Of a stretch of DNA of 64,000 bases, positions 1 to 11,353 are shown piece after piece. The position numbers and the translations under genes are program-made. The notes beneath the pieces are model-generated. The model searched no databases. It was not told the DNA's origin and was given only the letters and a program-made list of their open reading frames with translations. The number at the start of each line of letters is the position of its first letter. Positions within the stretch are counted from its first letter, which is position 1. Source of the stretch: Tubulanus polymorphus (taxonomy: Eukaryota; Animalia; Nemertea); the NCBI RefSeq assembly GCF_964204645.1, contig NC_134025.1, positions 18,823,101-18,887,100 of the forward strand. The letters are read 5' to 3'.

Positions 1-335
1 AGGTAAAAGTCCCCCTTTTTCTGAACGTAGTAAAAGTAGATACAATCTTTAGGTCAATTAATTCATATTTATTGATACATATATCCAATAAATTCATATT
101 TTACTGTTGAAAACCTTAAGGATATCATGAGCATACAAACTAAAATATACACTATTTGAATTAAAACATACTACAAATTAACAGTGCATTAATACTAAAG
201 TAGTACCGTTATTATTAGTACGCAGTTAGTTATCGCAGTCATTGAAAGGGTTCATCGCACATTTCAAATGCATTACACTAGCTTAAATCTATATCTAGAA
301 TTAAAAGTTCGTTATTGCTCATAATTCATGGCATC
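1..335 (+). repeat. Host repeat, diverged direct copy at ~18357-18620
   Basis: Shared GTAGATACAATCTT.AGGTCAATTAATTCATA, TTAAGGATATCATGA, GAAAGGGTTCATCGCACATTTCAAATG. Confidence 0.75.
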
Positions 336-730
336 GCGCAGCTCAAATATACCACAAGTTAACAAGAGTTCACAGGTCAAAGATATTCCAATTCGAATTT
401 AAAGGTATTACAAATAAAAGTTTATCATTCTTATCAATTCTAACAATTTATTGAAATCTAAGAGTTTACTTAAGAATTTATCGAAAGATTTCATTGCACA
501 TTTCAAACATATTTCAGTCTCATTGCAAATTAATAAAATTGGAGTAACATTTTGCTTTGAAATGTTTTTGAAAATGGGGATTTTTACCCACTTTGAATAT
601 TTGGGGATTTCTACCTAGAAGTTTTTTTTACCATAGTGTACACATGGCTGTATGCTGTTCTACTGGACTTGGAGTACTCGCGGCTAGACTTATTATTCCA
701 AGACTGGACGACGCAAGTCGTGCTTTCGAT

Positions 731-1408
731 GGGTCCATACCAATGTTCCCCGGGTCCTATGTTTCCCCAAGGGAAATTAAACATAAAAGGGGTTCTATAT
801 TCCCCGGATCCGATATTCCTGGAAGATTATGGAAAATGTATAAAAAGGTCCTTTGTTCCCATGGCCACATACACTCAATTTCGGCGCCGGGAATTCAGAG
901 CATGATAACGCGCCAGGCTGCCGAGCCTGAAATGCAACCAATGAGTCGATGTGGAAATCGGCACTACATGTATCTTTATCTTTATCTTTATCCTATTAAA
1001 TGAAAATTAACGACATAAAACACAATTAAAAATCTCCCGGGCTAGTCTCAAAGCCTTTTTAAAGTCTGACGTAACTACTGAATAAATTACCTGATCGATC
1101 GATTAATTGTCATCTCGAATTTCTCTCGTTCAGTTCTGGCGTTTGCAAAAAATAAAAGCACCTTGTCTGTATCAAATTTATAGCATCTAGCAAATACATG
1201 ATATGATTGATGGACTATTATTAAAAAGCATAGGTATGGACACCTCCGGTCAACCTTTTTATTATTTGGAGAATATATGGAACCCTCGTTGTATTATTTC
1301 CTTTGGGAGAATATAGAACCCGGGGAATATAGGACCCGGGGAACATGGAACCCGGGGAATATAGGGCCCGGGGAACATAGAACCTGGGAATCTAGGGGTG
1401 ACCCCCCC
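731..1408. mobile_element. Foldback/MITE-like element with inverted ~18-bp subrepeats
   Basis: TTCCCCGGGTCCTAT units near 745-820 versus ATAGGACCCGGGGAA units near 1310-1400. Confidence 0.6.
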
Positions 1409-1520
1409 TTTCGACCGTGTTCATTACTCATCACTTTTCAAATCATTACTGAAACGAAGAATAGTTTAATTGATTTTTATTTCATATGGAAAACAAGTTA
1501 TGCCGGTTACATGTAACCAG

Positions 1521-1895
1521 AGTAATAGGGATAATAGGCTTTCATACCAAAGGTCGAAAGGTCGAGCTCGTAAAAAAATGAAAATAACAATAATTTACAG
1601 TTGAATTAGTCGCGCACACTCCTAATTCAACTGTAAATTATTATTATTTTCACTTTTTACTCACTCGCCCCTTCAACCTTTGATATGAAAGCCTATTATC
1701 CCTATTACTCTTAAAATATTCATATATATGAATAAAATATAAATGAATAACATATATAAGTAACGAGTAATTAACGAGCTCTTATAGAATAGATATAAAA
1801 GTATATATTTACAACATTATTTCAATATTTATATTTGTGTGAGTTAGATTTTTAAACATTAAAAGTGTTAGTAAAGTGTGATTGAAATAATGCAT
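1521..1895 (+). repeat. Left TIR of E1; 1521-1709 is an imperfect palindrome (hairpin)
   Basis: Reverse complement of 17649-18023, one substitution seen; AGTAATAGGGATAATAGGCTTTCATA (1521) pairs with TATGAAAGCCTATTATCCCTATTACT (ends 1709). Confidence 0.95.
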
Positions 1896-1949
1896 GATAT
1901 AAATCATCGAACTTCTAAAAACAATTTAAAAAAAAAATTTAGTATTAAA

Positions 1950-4900
1950 ATGGAAGCAAATAAGTACTACTGTCCAACATGTAATATCAATATAGATAAA
2001 TCCCAAAAAGCAAGACACAATAAAACTAAAACACATTTAGAGAATAAATTGAAACTAGAATATAACGATGATATATTAGAAACTAAATTAGATGAATTAA
2101 AGAATGAAAAAGAAACATACAAATGTGATACATGTAATCAATCATTCACTGATAAAAGATATTATAATGAACATTTAAAATCTAAAAGTCATATTAGAAA
2201 TATGAATAATGATATTTTAGGTGAAGATTATTTTGATAAAGATAATGATAAGAAACAGAAGACAACTAAAAGCATAAAAAATAAATTAAACAATAAAAGA
2301 CCATACATGGAAGATGTAAGAAAATATATTAATTCATTAGATAATAAAAAAGATATAGAGATAACCGAAGCATTTAAAAGTGATATTGGTCCAGCAGCTA
2401 TCGAGTTTAAATTTCATAAAGGAAAAACATTAGAAGAAAATAAAAAACATTTAGAAAATATGAAAAATATCAATATCAAAAATAATTACTGATGTCCTGT
2501 TACTGATATCCTAAAATAAGTATATCAGTTAAAGTAAAGTTTATAAAATCTGAAGATAAACCAATATATAATATAAATTCTCATTCACAACATATTATAT
2601 CTAAACAACATATAGATGATAAATTAGATAAATGTTATAATGAAGTAAAAACTAAAATAGAAGAGAAATATTTTGAAGGATCTGGTTTAATATTTGATGA
2701 AATAATATTTATGACTTTACATGTTTATAACACAAAATATAATAAGTTAACTAAATCGAAACCAATTGATGAAAATAATGTATCATATTATAAAGAACCA
2801 GATATTGAAGCATCGAGTTATATCAAACTACCATTTAAAACTAATGCTGTAATAAATGTACAAAATGAAGATGATAAATGTTTTCTATGGGCTATAATAA
2901 GTTGTTTACATCCAACAGAAGATATTACACATAGTTTTAGATTAACTCATTATAAACCATTTGAAAATAATTATAAGATAGATAAGTATCCTGTTAGAAT
3001 TAAAAACATCCCAAAAATAGAAAGAGATAATAATTTAAGAATAAATGTATTTGATTTAATCAAATTACCAAATACAAAAGGTAACAATATAAAACATTAT
3101 ACATTAGAACCTTTATATCTATCAAAAGATTATGATTCAAACGATGTTATAGATATATTATATTATGAGAATCATTATATGTGGATTAAACAAATAGATT
3201 TATTCTTTAGAACAGAAAGTGATCACCATAATAAAATATATCTATGTAGAAAATGTTTACATAGATTCAGTAATGAAAGTACATTATTAAATCATAAACA
3301 ATTATGTGAAAATCATGATTATTGTAAATTAGTTTTACCAAATGAAAAAGATAAAATATTAGAATTCAAAAAATGTGATTACAAAAATAAAGTACCATTT
3401 GTTATATATGGAGATTTTGAATCATTAAATAAAGAATTAACTGATCAAGATAGAAAAGAAATATATTATAAAAGAAAGAAATTAAATTCTAATGAAAATG
3501 ATTTTTCAGATGAACCACCAAAAACAAATACTATCAAAAAGATTCATCAATCAGCTGCGGCTTTCGGGTTATATATTAAATCTGATTATCCAGAACTAAT
3601 TGAAAGTGAATATTATGATTATAGAAATGAAAATGTTATCAATCATTTTTGTGACTTATTAATTGAATATGAAATAAGATTTAGTAAATTATTGAATACA
3701 AATATAGAAATTATAATGACAGAAGAAGATAAAGAAGAATTTGAGTTTGCAGATAAATGTTATTATTGTGAAAAGATATTTAATTTTAGAGATAAAAAAG
3801 TAAGAGACCATGATCATTTGAATGGAAAGTTTAGAGGCGCCGCGCATGAGAATTGTAACTTACAAGCTAAGAAAATTAATTTTGTACCAGTTATATTTCA
3901 TAATCTATCAGGATATGATGCACATTTATTCATCAAACAGTTATGCCATAAAATAGAAGAAATCAATAATGAAATAGAAAGATTAAATTCAAATAGATCA
4001 AAAGATAAAATACCAACTTATAAATTTAGAATGTTAGCTAAAACATCTGAGAATTATATATCATTCCAATTTGGTTGCCTAAGATTTATAGATTCATATA
4101 GATTTTTAAATAGTTCATTAGATAACTTATCAAAATCATTAGTTGATGATGAATTAAAAATATTAAAGCAACACTATCCAAATAATGATGATTTTCAATT
4201 AATGAGATATATAGGAGCAATTCCATATTCTTTCTATAAAAATCATAATGATTTTAACATAACTGAATTATTAACAGAACAATTTTATGATGAATTAAAA
4301 AATGAATATGTTAAAGATGAAGTATATAACAGAACATTGAATATTTGGAATCATTTCAAAATAGAAAATCATGGGCAATTAGTAGATTTATATCTAAAAT
4401 CAGATGTATTATTATTAACCGATATATTCGGAAGGTTTAGAGATGTAAACCTAAAATATTTTAATATTGATCCTTGTCATTGTTATTCATCACCAGGTTT
4501 AACATGGGATTGTGGATTAAAATTTACAGATATAAAAATGGATTTCTTAACAAATATAGATCAATTACTATTATTTGAAAAATCTATAAGAGGAGGAGTT
4601 TCAGGTGTATTAGGTGATAGATATTTCAATGTAAATGATAACCCTTGATATAAGTTATTATATATAGATGCAAATAATTTGTATGGTTGGGCAATGATGG
4701 AACCACAACCTTATGGAGTATTTGAATTAACTGAAGTTTTACAGAATGAAAATAATGATAAATTTGATTGGAAGAAAAGAATTCTAGATATTGCAGATGA
4801 TTCAGATTCTGGTTACTTCTTTGTTGTAGATTTAGAATATCCTGAACATATTAAATTTAAATCTAGAAATCTAGCATACTGTCCCGAACATAAAACCGTT

Positions 4901-6001
4901 ACTCATGAAGAATTATCAAATTATCAAAAAAGAATTAAACCCGAAAATCTTATTCATACAGAAAAGTTAATGGTAACTCAAGAAGATAAATATAATTATG
5001 TAGTACATTATAGAATGTTAAAGTTTTATTTGAATCAAGGAATGATTCTAAAAAAAGTACATAGATATATTTCATTCAGCCTATCTAAGTGGTTAGAAAA
5101 ATATATAGATTTTACCACCAAACAGAGAACTGAAGCTAAAACTGATTTCGAAAAAGATTTCTTCAAGTTAATGAATAATGCATTCTATGGTAAGACTTGT
5201 GAAAATATTAGAAATAGAAATGATATTGAGTTAGTTAGTAATGGTAAAAGAATTAGACATTTACAATCATATCCTAAGTTCATTGGTAACAGAATATTTG
5301 ATGAAAATTTAGCTGCAGTTAAGATGAGAAGAACATTTATGAAATTTAATAAACCAATCTATGTTGGCGCATCAGTTTTAGAATTATCAAAATTACTAAT
5401 GTATGAATTCTATTATAATGTATTACAACCACTTTTTGTAGAAAAACATATAGAAATATTATATTTTGATACAGATTCTTACATATTAAAGATAAAAACT
5501 GATAACATAACTAATGATTTAAAAACATTAAAACATCATTTTGATTTCAGTAACTATCCTAAAAATCATGAATTATTTAGCAATGATAATAAAAAAGTTA
5601 CAGGGAAGTTTAAGGATGAATTAGGTGGTGAAGATATGATAGAGTTCATTGGTATTAGATCTAAAATGTATTCATATAAAACTAAAGAACATGAATCTAA
5701 AAAGTTAAATGGAATAACCAAAAATGTAGTAGAAAAGAATATTCATTTCAAAGATTACATCAATTGTATATTCAATGAAGAAGTTAGAAAACATAAGATG
5801 AGATGTTTAAGATCTGAAGATCATGAAATGTTTATTGAAGAAATTGAAAAGATAAGTCTAAACCCATTTGATGATAAAAGATATATTTTAGATGATAGAA
5901 TTCATACAGTTGCTTATGGATGTAATTTAGATGAATACTTAAAATTTAAAAGAGAAGAAACAAAAGGGAACGAGATAATGAAAAGAATTCTAACGTGTTA
6001 A
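1950..6001 (+). pseudogene. polB: Protein-primed-type family B DNA polymerase (N-terminal C2H2 fingers, putative OTU-like protease region, exonuclease with endonuclease VII/HNH-like insert); frameshift near 2470-2510 and stop near 4646
   Basis: Motifs IYGDFES, FHNLSGYDAH, FIDSYRF, YIDANNLYGWAM, KLMNNAFYGK, YFDTDS; colinear with E2 gene, which has GGA where E1 has TGA. Confidence 0.92.
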
Positions 6002-6030
6002 TCAAATTTTAATAAAAATATGTATTATAA

Positions 6031-6384
6031 ATGGAGAGTAAACAAGCAAACAGTGAGAACAACAAATTATTTCTAGATAGAATTAAAGATATCACAAATG
6101 TAAAATCTGTAGATTATAAATTCAAAAAGTTAACAGAATTAACAATTCATAAGAAATATCTAATTACAAATATTGATACAGTTACTAATAACTATGGAGA
6201 TAAATTAGTTATACACTTAGTATGTGAAGGATTAAAAGGAAATACATATAAATTCAGAACATATTTACCGGATAGATTTCATAGATTATCAAGTGAAGAC
6301 TTAGAAGAATTATGTTCTGGAGATTTCTATTTCGTATACAAAGGTAAGAATGAAAAAGGGCATCATGAAATAGATTTCGAATAA
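6031..6384 (+). CDS. Conserved 117-aa protein, possibly ssDNA-binding (uncertain)
   Basis: Intact ORF conserved in E2 (54363); FKKLTEL..YG..LPDRF..VYKG pattern; TAAATG start; function is inference. Confidence 0.6.
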   Translation: MESKQANSENNKLFLDRIKDITNVKSVDYKFKKLTELTIHKKYLITNIDTVTNNYGDKLVIHLVCEGLKGNTYKFRTYLPDRFHRLSSEDLEELCSGDFYFVYKGKNEKGHHEIDFE

Positions 6385-6398
6385 AATATGTAAAATAA

Positions 6399-7146
6399 AT
6401 GGTAGAATTAAAAGAATACAGAATATTTGTTGATTCTAGAATGCTTACAAATTATAAATCTCATAATTTACTAGTACAATTAGATAGAGAATTCAAGAAT
6501 TGTGTTGATTTAAAATTAGTTAATATAAGTTTATGTAATTCTTTTTATAATATATCGGATAAAACTATTGATCATAATGCTTTTATGATTCATATTAGAA
6601 ATGTAAATAAATGGTTTCACCTAATTTTAAAACCAGGATTATATAATTTAGAAACATTAGCTCAAGAAATTAATAGAAGAGCACGGTTGAAAATTAGAAG
6701 TGAAGATAAATCTTTAATTAGATTTTTAAAAAGTGATAGCACAAATAAAATTAAAATAAAGGTATATGATATATGGTATAGTGAGAAAACCTATAACTAA
6801 ACTGTTAGGAATTGTACCAGATACCGTTACAGGAAACGTAGATGGTAATTCAAATATAGTACCTTTTACACACTTTTATATTTATTGCAATTTAATCGAG
6901 CCTACAAAAACTTTCGAAGCAACTAAAGAAACAATTTGTAGTTCTAGTATACTTAATATTTTACCGCTGAAAAATGTTAAACAATTTGGAACTCAAATAA
7001 ATTATAATTTAACTGAATGTGATTTTAAACCTTGCATTCCTAAATTTGATAATTTCAAATTAGAAATAAGAAATCATAATGGACATTTAATTGATTTGAA
7101 TAACTTTCCTGTAATTTATGAATTAGTTATAAGATGTAAAGAGTAA
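6399..7146 (+). pseudogene. Probable minor capsid (penton) protein, frameshifted near 6765
   Basis: Two ORFs (6399-6800, 6766-7146) match the single 253-aa ORF of E2; SFYNI..PGLYN and YIYCNLI..LEIRN..LIDLNN patterns resemble Polinton/PLV pentons. Confidence 0.65.
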
Positions 7147-7162
7147 TTTTTTCACTATATAA

Positions 7163-7519
7163 ATGAATATAACTGTTGGGCCGAGTATATGTTTTGGGTT
7201 TGATTTTAAACGTGAGAAAGAAATGAAATTTAACATTAATGATGTAATTACACATATTAAAAATATTGCATTTTCTAATGAAACAACATTTGAGTATGAA
7301 ACAACAATAGATAAAGAAACTTTAATTGTAGAAAAGATTACTAATTTAATTAGAGAATCTTTAAGATTTCATGAATTAGATGAAGATTTTATTATAGATG
7401 ATATTAAAAAAATAATAATTGAAATATATACAAATGAAACTAGTAATGAAATAAATGTTGAATTAATCATAAATAAGTTAACTAAATATTTTGATGATAG
7501 TAATTTTTTTGATAAATAA
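7163..7519 (+). CDS. Hypothetical 118-aa protein
   Basis: Homolog at 55499; TAAATG start. Confidence 0.7.
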   Translation: MNITVGPSICFGFDFKREKEMKFNINDVITHIKNIAFSNETTFEYETTIDKETLIVEKITNLIRESLRFHELDEDFIIDDIKKIIIEIYTNETSNEINVELIINKLTKYFDDSNFFDK

Positions 7520-7741
7520 ATGAGTGATAATAAGTGGATAATAACTGGATTATATAATGGCGCATTACTATCAGTTGGAACTGTTGGTTATTCAATGGTA
7601 TTAAAAAAAGTATTTAAAATGGGAAGTGTTAATGTTGATAGATTTGATATCAATGATATTTTAAAATTAACATTAGCAGTTACTTTATCTAATTTAACTA
7701 TTGATTATTTAGAAAAACAAAAATATATTCCTCCCATATAA
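7520..7741 (+). CDS. Small hydrophobic 73-aa protein
   Basis: Identical protein at 55841; two hydrophobic stretches; TAAATG start. Confidence 0.75.
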   Translation: MSDNKWIITGLYNGALLSVGTVGYSMVLKKVFKMGSVNVDRFDINDILKLTLAVTLSNLTIDYLEKQKYIPPI

Positions 7742-7765
7742 ATGCATCATTATTTTACTAAATAA

Positions 7766-8188
7766 ATGGCTTCTGCAGTTATAACTATTATAGGATCAGC
7801 AATTGTTAACGCTTTAGCATTTACTGGTGGTGGTTATTTATTTAAGCATATTGATAAAAATGGTTCATTAACAGAACAAAGAAGACATAACTTAGCATTA
7901 GAGAAATATAATAAAGCAGCAGAAGAATATAGAGAAAAGAGGCAAAACTATATGGATTGTATTAACAAAGAATTATATGATCAGAAGATTTCACATAGAG
8001 ATTTTCAATCAGTTGATGATGCAATGAGTTTATATAACGCGGTAACCAATAAAGAAAAATTACATCTATACAAACCTAAATTATCAGATTATTATACCCC
8101 AAGTAATGAACAGAAGAAATATGAAATAATATGGATTTTAGGCGGAACAGTTATTGTTATATTTGTTGCTTATAAGTTTACTAATTAG
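7766..8188 (+). CDS. 140-aa membrane protein (hydrophobic N- and C-termini, central helix)
   Basis: Homolog at 56087; TAAATG start. Confidence 0.75.
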   Translation: MASAVITIIGSAIVNALAFTGGGYLFKHIDKNGSLTEQRRHNLALEKYNKAAEEYREKRQNYMDCINKELYDQKISHRDFQSVDDAMSLYNAVTNKEKLHLYKPKLSDYYTPSNEQKKYEIIWILGGTVIVIFVAYKFTN

Positions 8189-8208
8189 TAATTTTTTTTG
8201 CTAAATAA

Positions 8209-8642
8209 ATGGAAGATAAAGTTGATAATATTGATATTATTCCTCATGATATAAATAAAACTAAATTAAAAATATATTTAGAAAAACAAATATTAGAATT
8301 TGAAAGTGACTTAAAGATAAAAAAGAAAAAATATTCAAAATCTAAAATTATATATAATTTGATTATAAGTGGTTCGGTTACAATTAGTTCTGTAATAACA
8401 TTTCTAGCAATATTCAGTCCATTAACACCTTTAGCTATATCAATTGGTGTATTAGGATTAAGTTCAAGTGTTTTAACTGGTATAAGTTCAAAATTAAATA
8501 TAAAAAGTAATAAAGAAAAAATTAAAACTAATATAAAGAAATTAATAAATTAAAGAATACACTAGATTATATAATAAGTTCAAATGGTCATATAACAGTT
8601 GAAGAACAAGATAAATTATTAAAAGAATTAGTTGATTATTAA
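8209..8642 (+). pseudogene. Two-TM membrane protein, frameshifted near 8538
   Basis: Matches intact 144-aa ORF 56529-56963; 1-bp loss in E1. Confidence 0.7.
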
Positions 8643-8658
8643 TTTTTTAGTTATATAA

Positions 8659-10043
8659 ATGGCAGATAGTTTTCCAAAAGCTTTCCAATATAATAAATCA
8701 ATTAAATATAATATTCCAGCAATAGATTTTAATAAAGATATTACATATAGAAATGAAGTTTTAAATTCATTAATTGATTGATATATTTATGTTACTGAAA
8801 GTAATAATTTTCATGTTAAGATGGAAAATATATTTCATGTGTATACAATTAATTTCAAAAATTTAAATGAGGCAAAACAATGGTTATTAAAATCTAATAT
8901 GAAGTATTGGCAGAACCAATTAAATTTTGCTGTTTATTGTGCAACAACAGGATGTGGAATTAGTTGGAATGATCATTTAAACAAACCAAGTTTACCATTG
9001 ATGTTATCACTTTTTAGATTTCATACATATTTTCAAATAAAATTAATATTAGATGAATTAGAATGTCCTTTACCAGGTTCAAAATATTTTAAAGAATTGA
9101 ATAATAATATTAATTTTTCTAAGTTTTATAAAATATGTAATGAATTTAATATTAATTCAAATAAAGATTTTACAGCAAAAATTGGAACAATGGGTGGATT
9201 AGTAATATTATATACTAAAGAATTTGGAAAAATAATGACAAATTCAGATATAAGAACACTAAATTGGAATGAATTACCAAAATATTATAATAATATACAA
9301 CAACAAAACACTAATGGTTGGGTTAATTTCATTTTAGAAAATAGTGAAGGTTTTGCTAAAGCTGGAATACAAAGAATAAATCACTCTATTAGAACTTATT
9401 TGATATGTATTTTAGGTGCGCAAGTTGAAACAAGATCCCCAATAATTGGAAATGATAACACTTCATTCGATGCGCAGAAACAATTCAAAGTATTATTTGA
9501 AGATTCCATTCATAATGATAAAAATAGATCTATTCCAGAAAACATTGTAAGATATCAAAATTATTTAGATGAATCACATATTAGATTAAATTATTGTATA
9601 GGCCCTAATCTATTTATTATTTCTAATGCTTTAGTATTAAAGATGGGAAACATGATTGGTTACAATAATCTAATTAAACTGCAACAATAAATAATTCATT
9701 TGGATTAAATGATATAAATAGAAAGATTATCACTGCTCCAAAATTAATGGAAGGTGAAAAAAATAAAAAACACATTCAATCAACAGAAACTAAAACTAAG
9801 AATATTAAATTAAATAATGATTCTAAAATAAAAGATTACAATACATCAATGCACTCGACAGAAAAAAAAGAAGAACCAATTCCTAATATTGATTTAAACA
9901 AATATTCACCATTTAAAAATCCAAATTTAAATCCTAATGATGTTGATCCAGAAACCGATGAAGACTTTGCAAATCGATTAGATAAATTAAGATCTTCAAC
10001 ACCCGAAACATCGAGAAGAGACACTCTTAGTGAATATGATTAA
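8659..10043 (+). pseudogene. Conserved protein of unknown function (YWQNQLNFAVYCATTGCG), disrupted and joined to a different 3' end after ~9848
   Basis: Matches 464-aa ORF 56981-58375; early stop near 8778, frameshift near 9677. Confidence 0.75.
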
Positions 10044-10073
10044 AAATAAATAATTATTTTTTTTGTTAAATAA

Positions 10074-11321
10074 ATGAGTGGGAGTTATATCAATCCTTCT
10101 AAGAATCATAGAATATCTAATGCTATTAAAGCAGAAAGATCACATCATATAATTACTCATAATCCTTCAAATATTAATCCCGATGAAACTTTATATGTTA
10201 GAATCCCTAGATTAACACAAAATACTTTTTACGTTCCAAATAGTATTTATTTATCAGCCGATATAAAAGTAACCCGTAATAATAATAATTATGTTGTTGA
10301 TAATGTTGGAAGATATTTGATTAAAAAATTAACTATAAAGATTGGTCCAGAAACAGTTTTCTCATTAGATGATTATAATTTATTTATGCATTATAAAGAT
10401 TTATGGTTAACTAAAGAAAATAGAAATAATATGATATTCCAAGGCATCCAATCAGAAAACCAAAATAAATTAAGATCAGAAGCTAATAGCGCAATATTAA
10501 CTAATGCTGTAGATAAATTGATAAAAAGTATATATGGAAGCAAATATAAAATTCCATTAGACTTTGAATTGATAAATGACAACGCACCTTTACATAAATA
10601 CGCAATTCAAGAAGACGTTATATTCGAAATAACATTTGCTCCTGTAAATGAAATTGTAATATCTAGCGTTAATAAAGATATGCGTTATAAATTATCGAAT
10701 ATATGTTTAGAATATGATACAGTAACTGATGAAAATATTTCAAGTATAATTCAAACTAAATACAATCAAGGATTTTCATTATTATATGATTATATTGATA
10801 AATTTAAAACTGTAACTATTAATGCAAATGATGAAATAATTGATGAGAATATTAACTTCCCAAGAAGATCTATTAAAGGTATATTAATATTTTTTACCAT
10901 TGCAACATATACTAATGGCGCAATAAATGTTGATAATTATTATAATCCTGAAATAACAAAAGTAGAAATAACTATCGAAGGAATAGCAAATAAGATATTT
11001 TGTCAAGGAATGAGAATGATTGATCAATGGCCAGAAATTAGAAAACATTTTATGAATGAAAAAGTGAAATCATCTGAAAATTGTAACATTAATCAAATTG
11101 ATTATTATACCGGTAACAAATATGCATTATGGTTAGATTTTAGAACAAGAGAGGATAATTCATTACATGGTTCTGGAAAAAAACTACAGAACACTAAAGA
11201 TGGAATACAATTATTCATGACAAAGAATAAAGGAATCAAAAATTTCAAAATGCACATTTATATTATATCTGACGCGCAATTGAATATTGTAAATTCACAA
11301 TTAGATAGTGTTATGTATTAA
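10074..11321 (+). CDS. Probable major capsid protein (double jelly-roll), 415 aa, intact
   Basis: Size, beta-rich pattern (NPSNI..LYVRIP, YKIPLDFEL, FEITFAP, LSNICLEYD), strong conservation with 59967-61214, context; fold is inferred. Confidence 0.75.
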   Translation: MSGSYINPSKNHRISNAIKAERSHHIITHNPSNINPDETLYVRIPRLTQNTFYVPNSIYLSADIKVTRNNNNYVVDNVGRYLIKKLTIKIGPETVFSLDDYNLFMHYKDLWLTKENRNNMIFQGIQSENQNKLRSEANSAILTNAVDKLIKSIYGSKYKIPLDFELINDNAPLHKYAIQEDVIFEITFAPVNEIVISSVNKDMRYKLSNICLEYDTVTDENISSIIQTKYNQGFSLLYDYIDKFKTVTINANDEIIDENINFPRRSIKGILIFFTIATYTNGAINVDNYYNPEITKVEITIEGIANKIFCQGMRMIDQWPEIRKHFMNEKVKSSENCNINQIDYYTGNKYALWLDFRTREDNSLHGSGKKLQNTKDGIQLFMTKNKGIKNFKMHIYIISDAQLNIVNSQLDSVMY

Positions 11322-11353
11322 AATTTTAACTCTAATAAAAATTTATTATATAA

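Noticed and set aside
1878-1949. Upstream GTG start of PolB
   Set aside because: Starts within the TIR and is absent in E2; shared ATG at 1950/50305 fits better
9854-9861. CTCGACAG at the E1 junction equals the E2 flank plus first bases
   Set aside because: Only 8 bp and no further terminus sequence; likely chance
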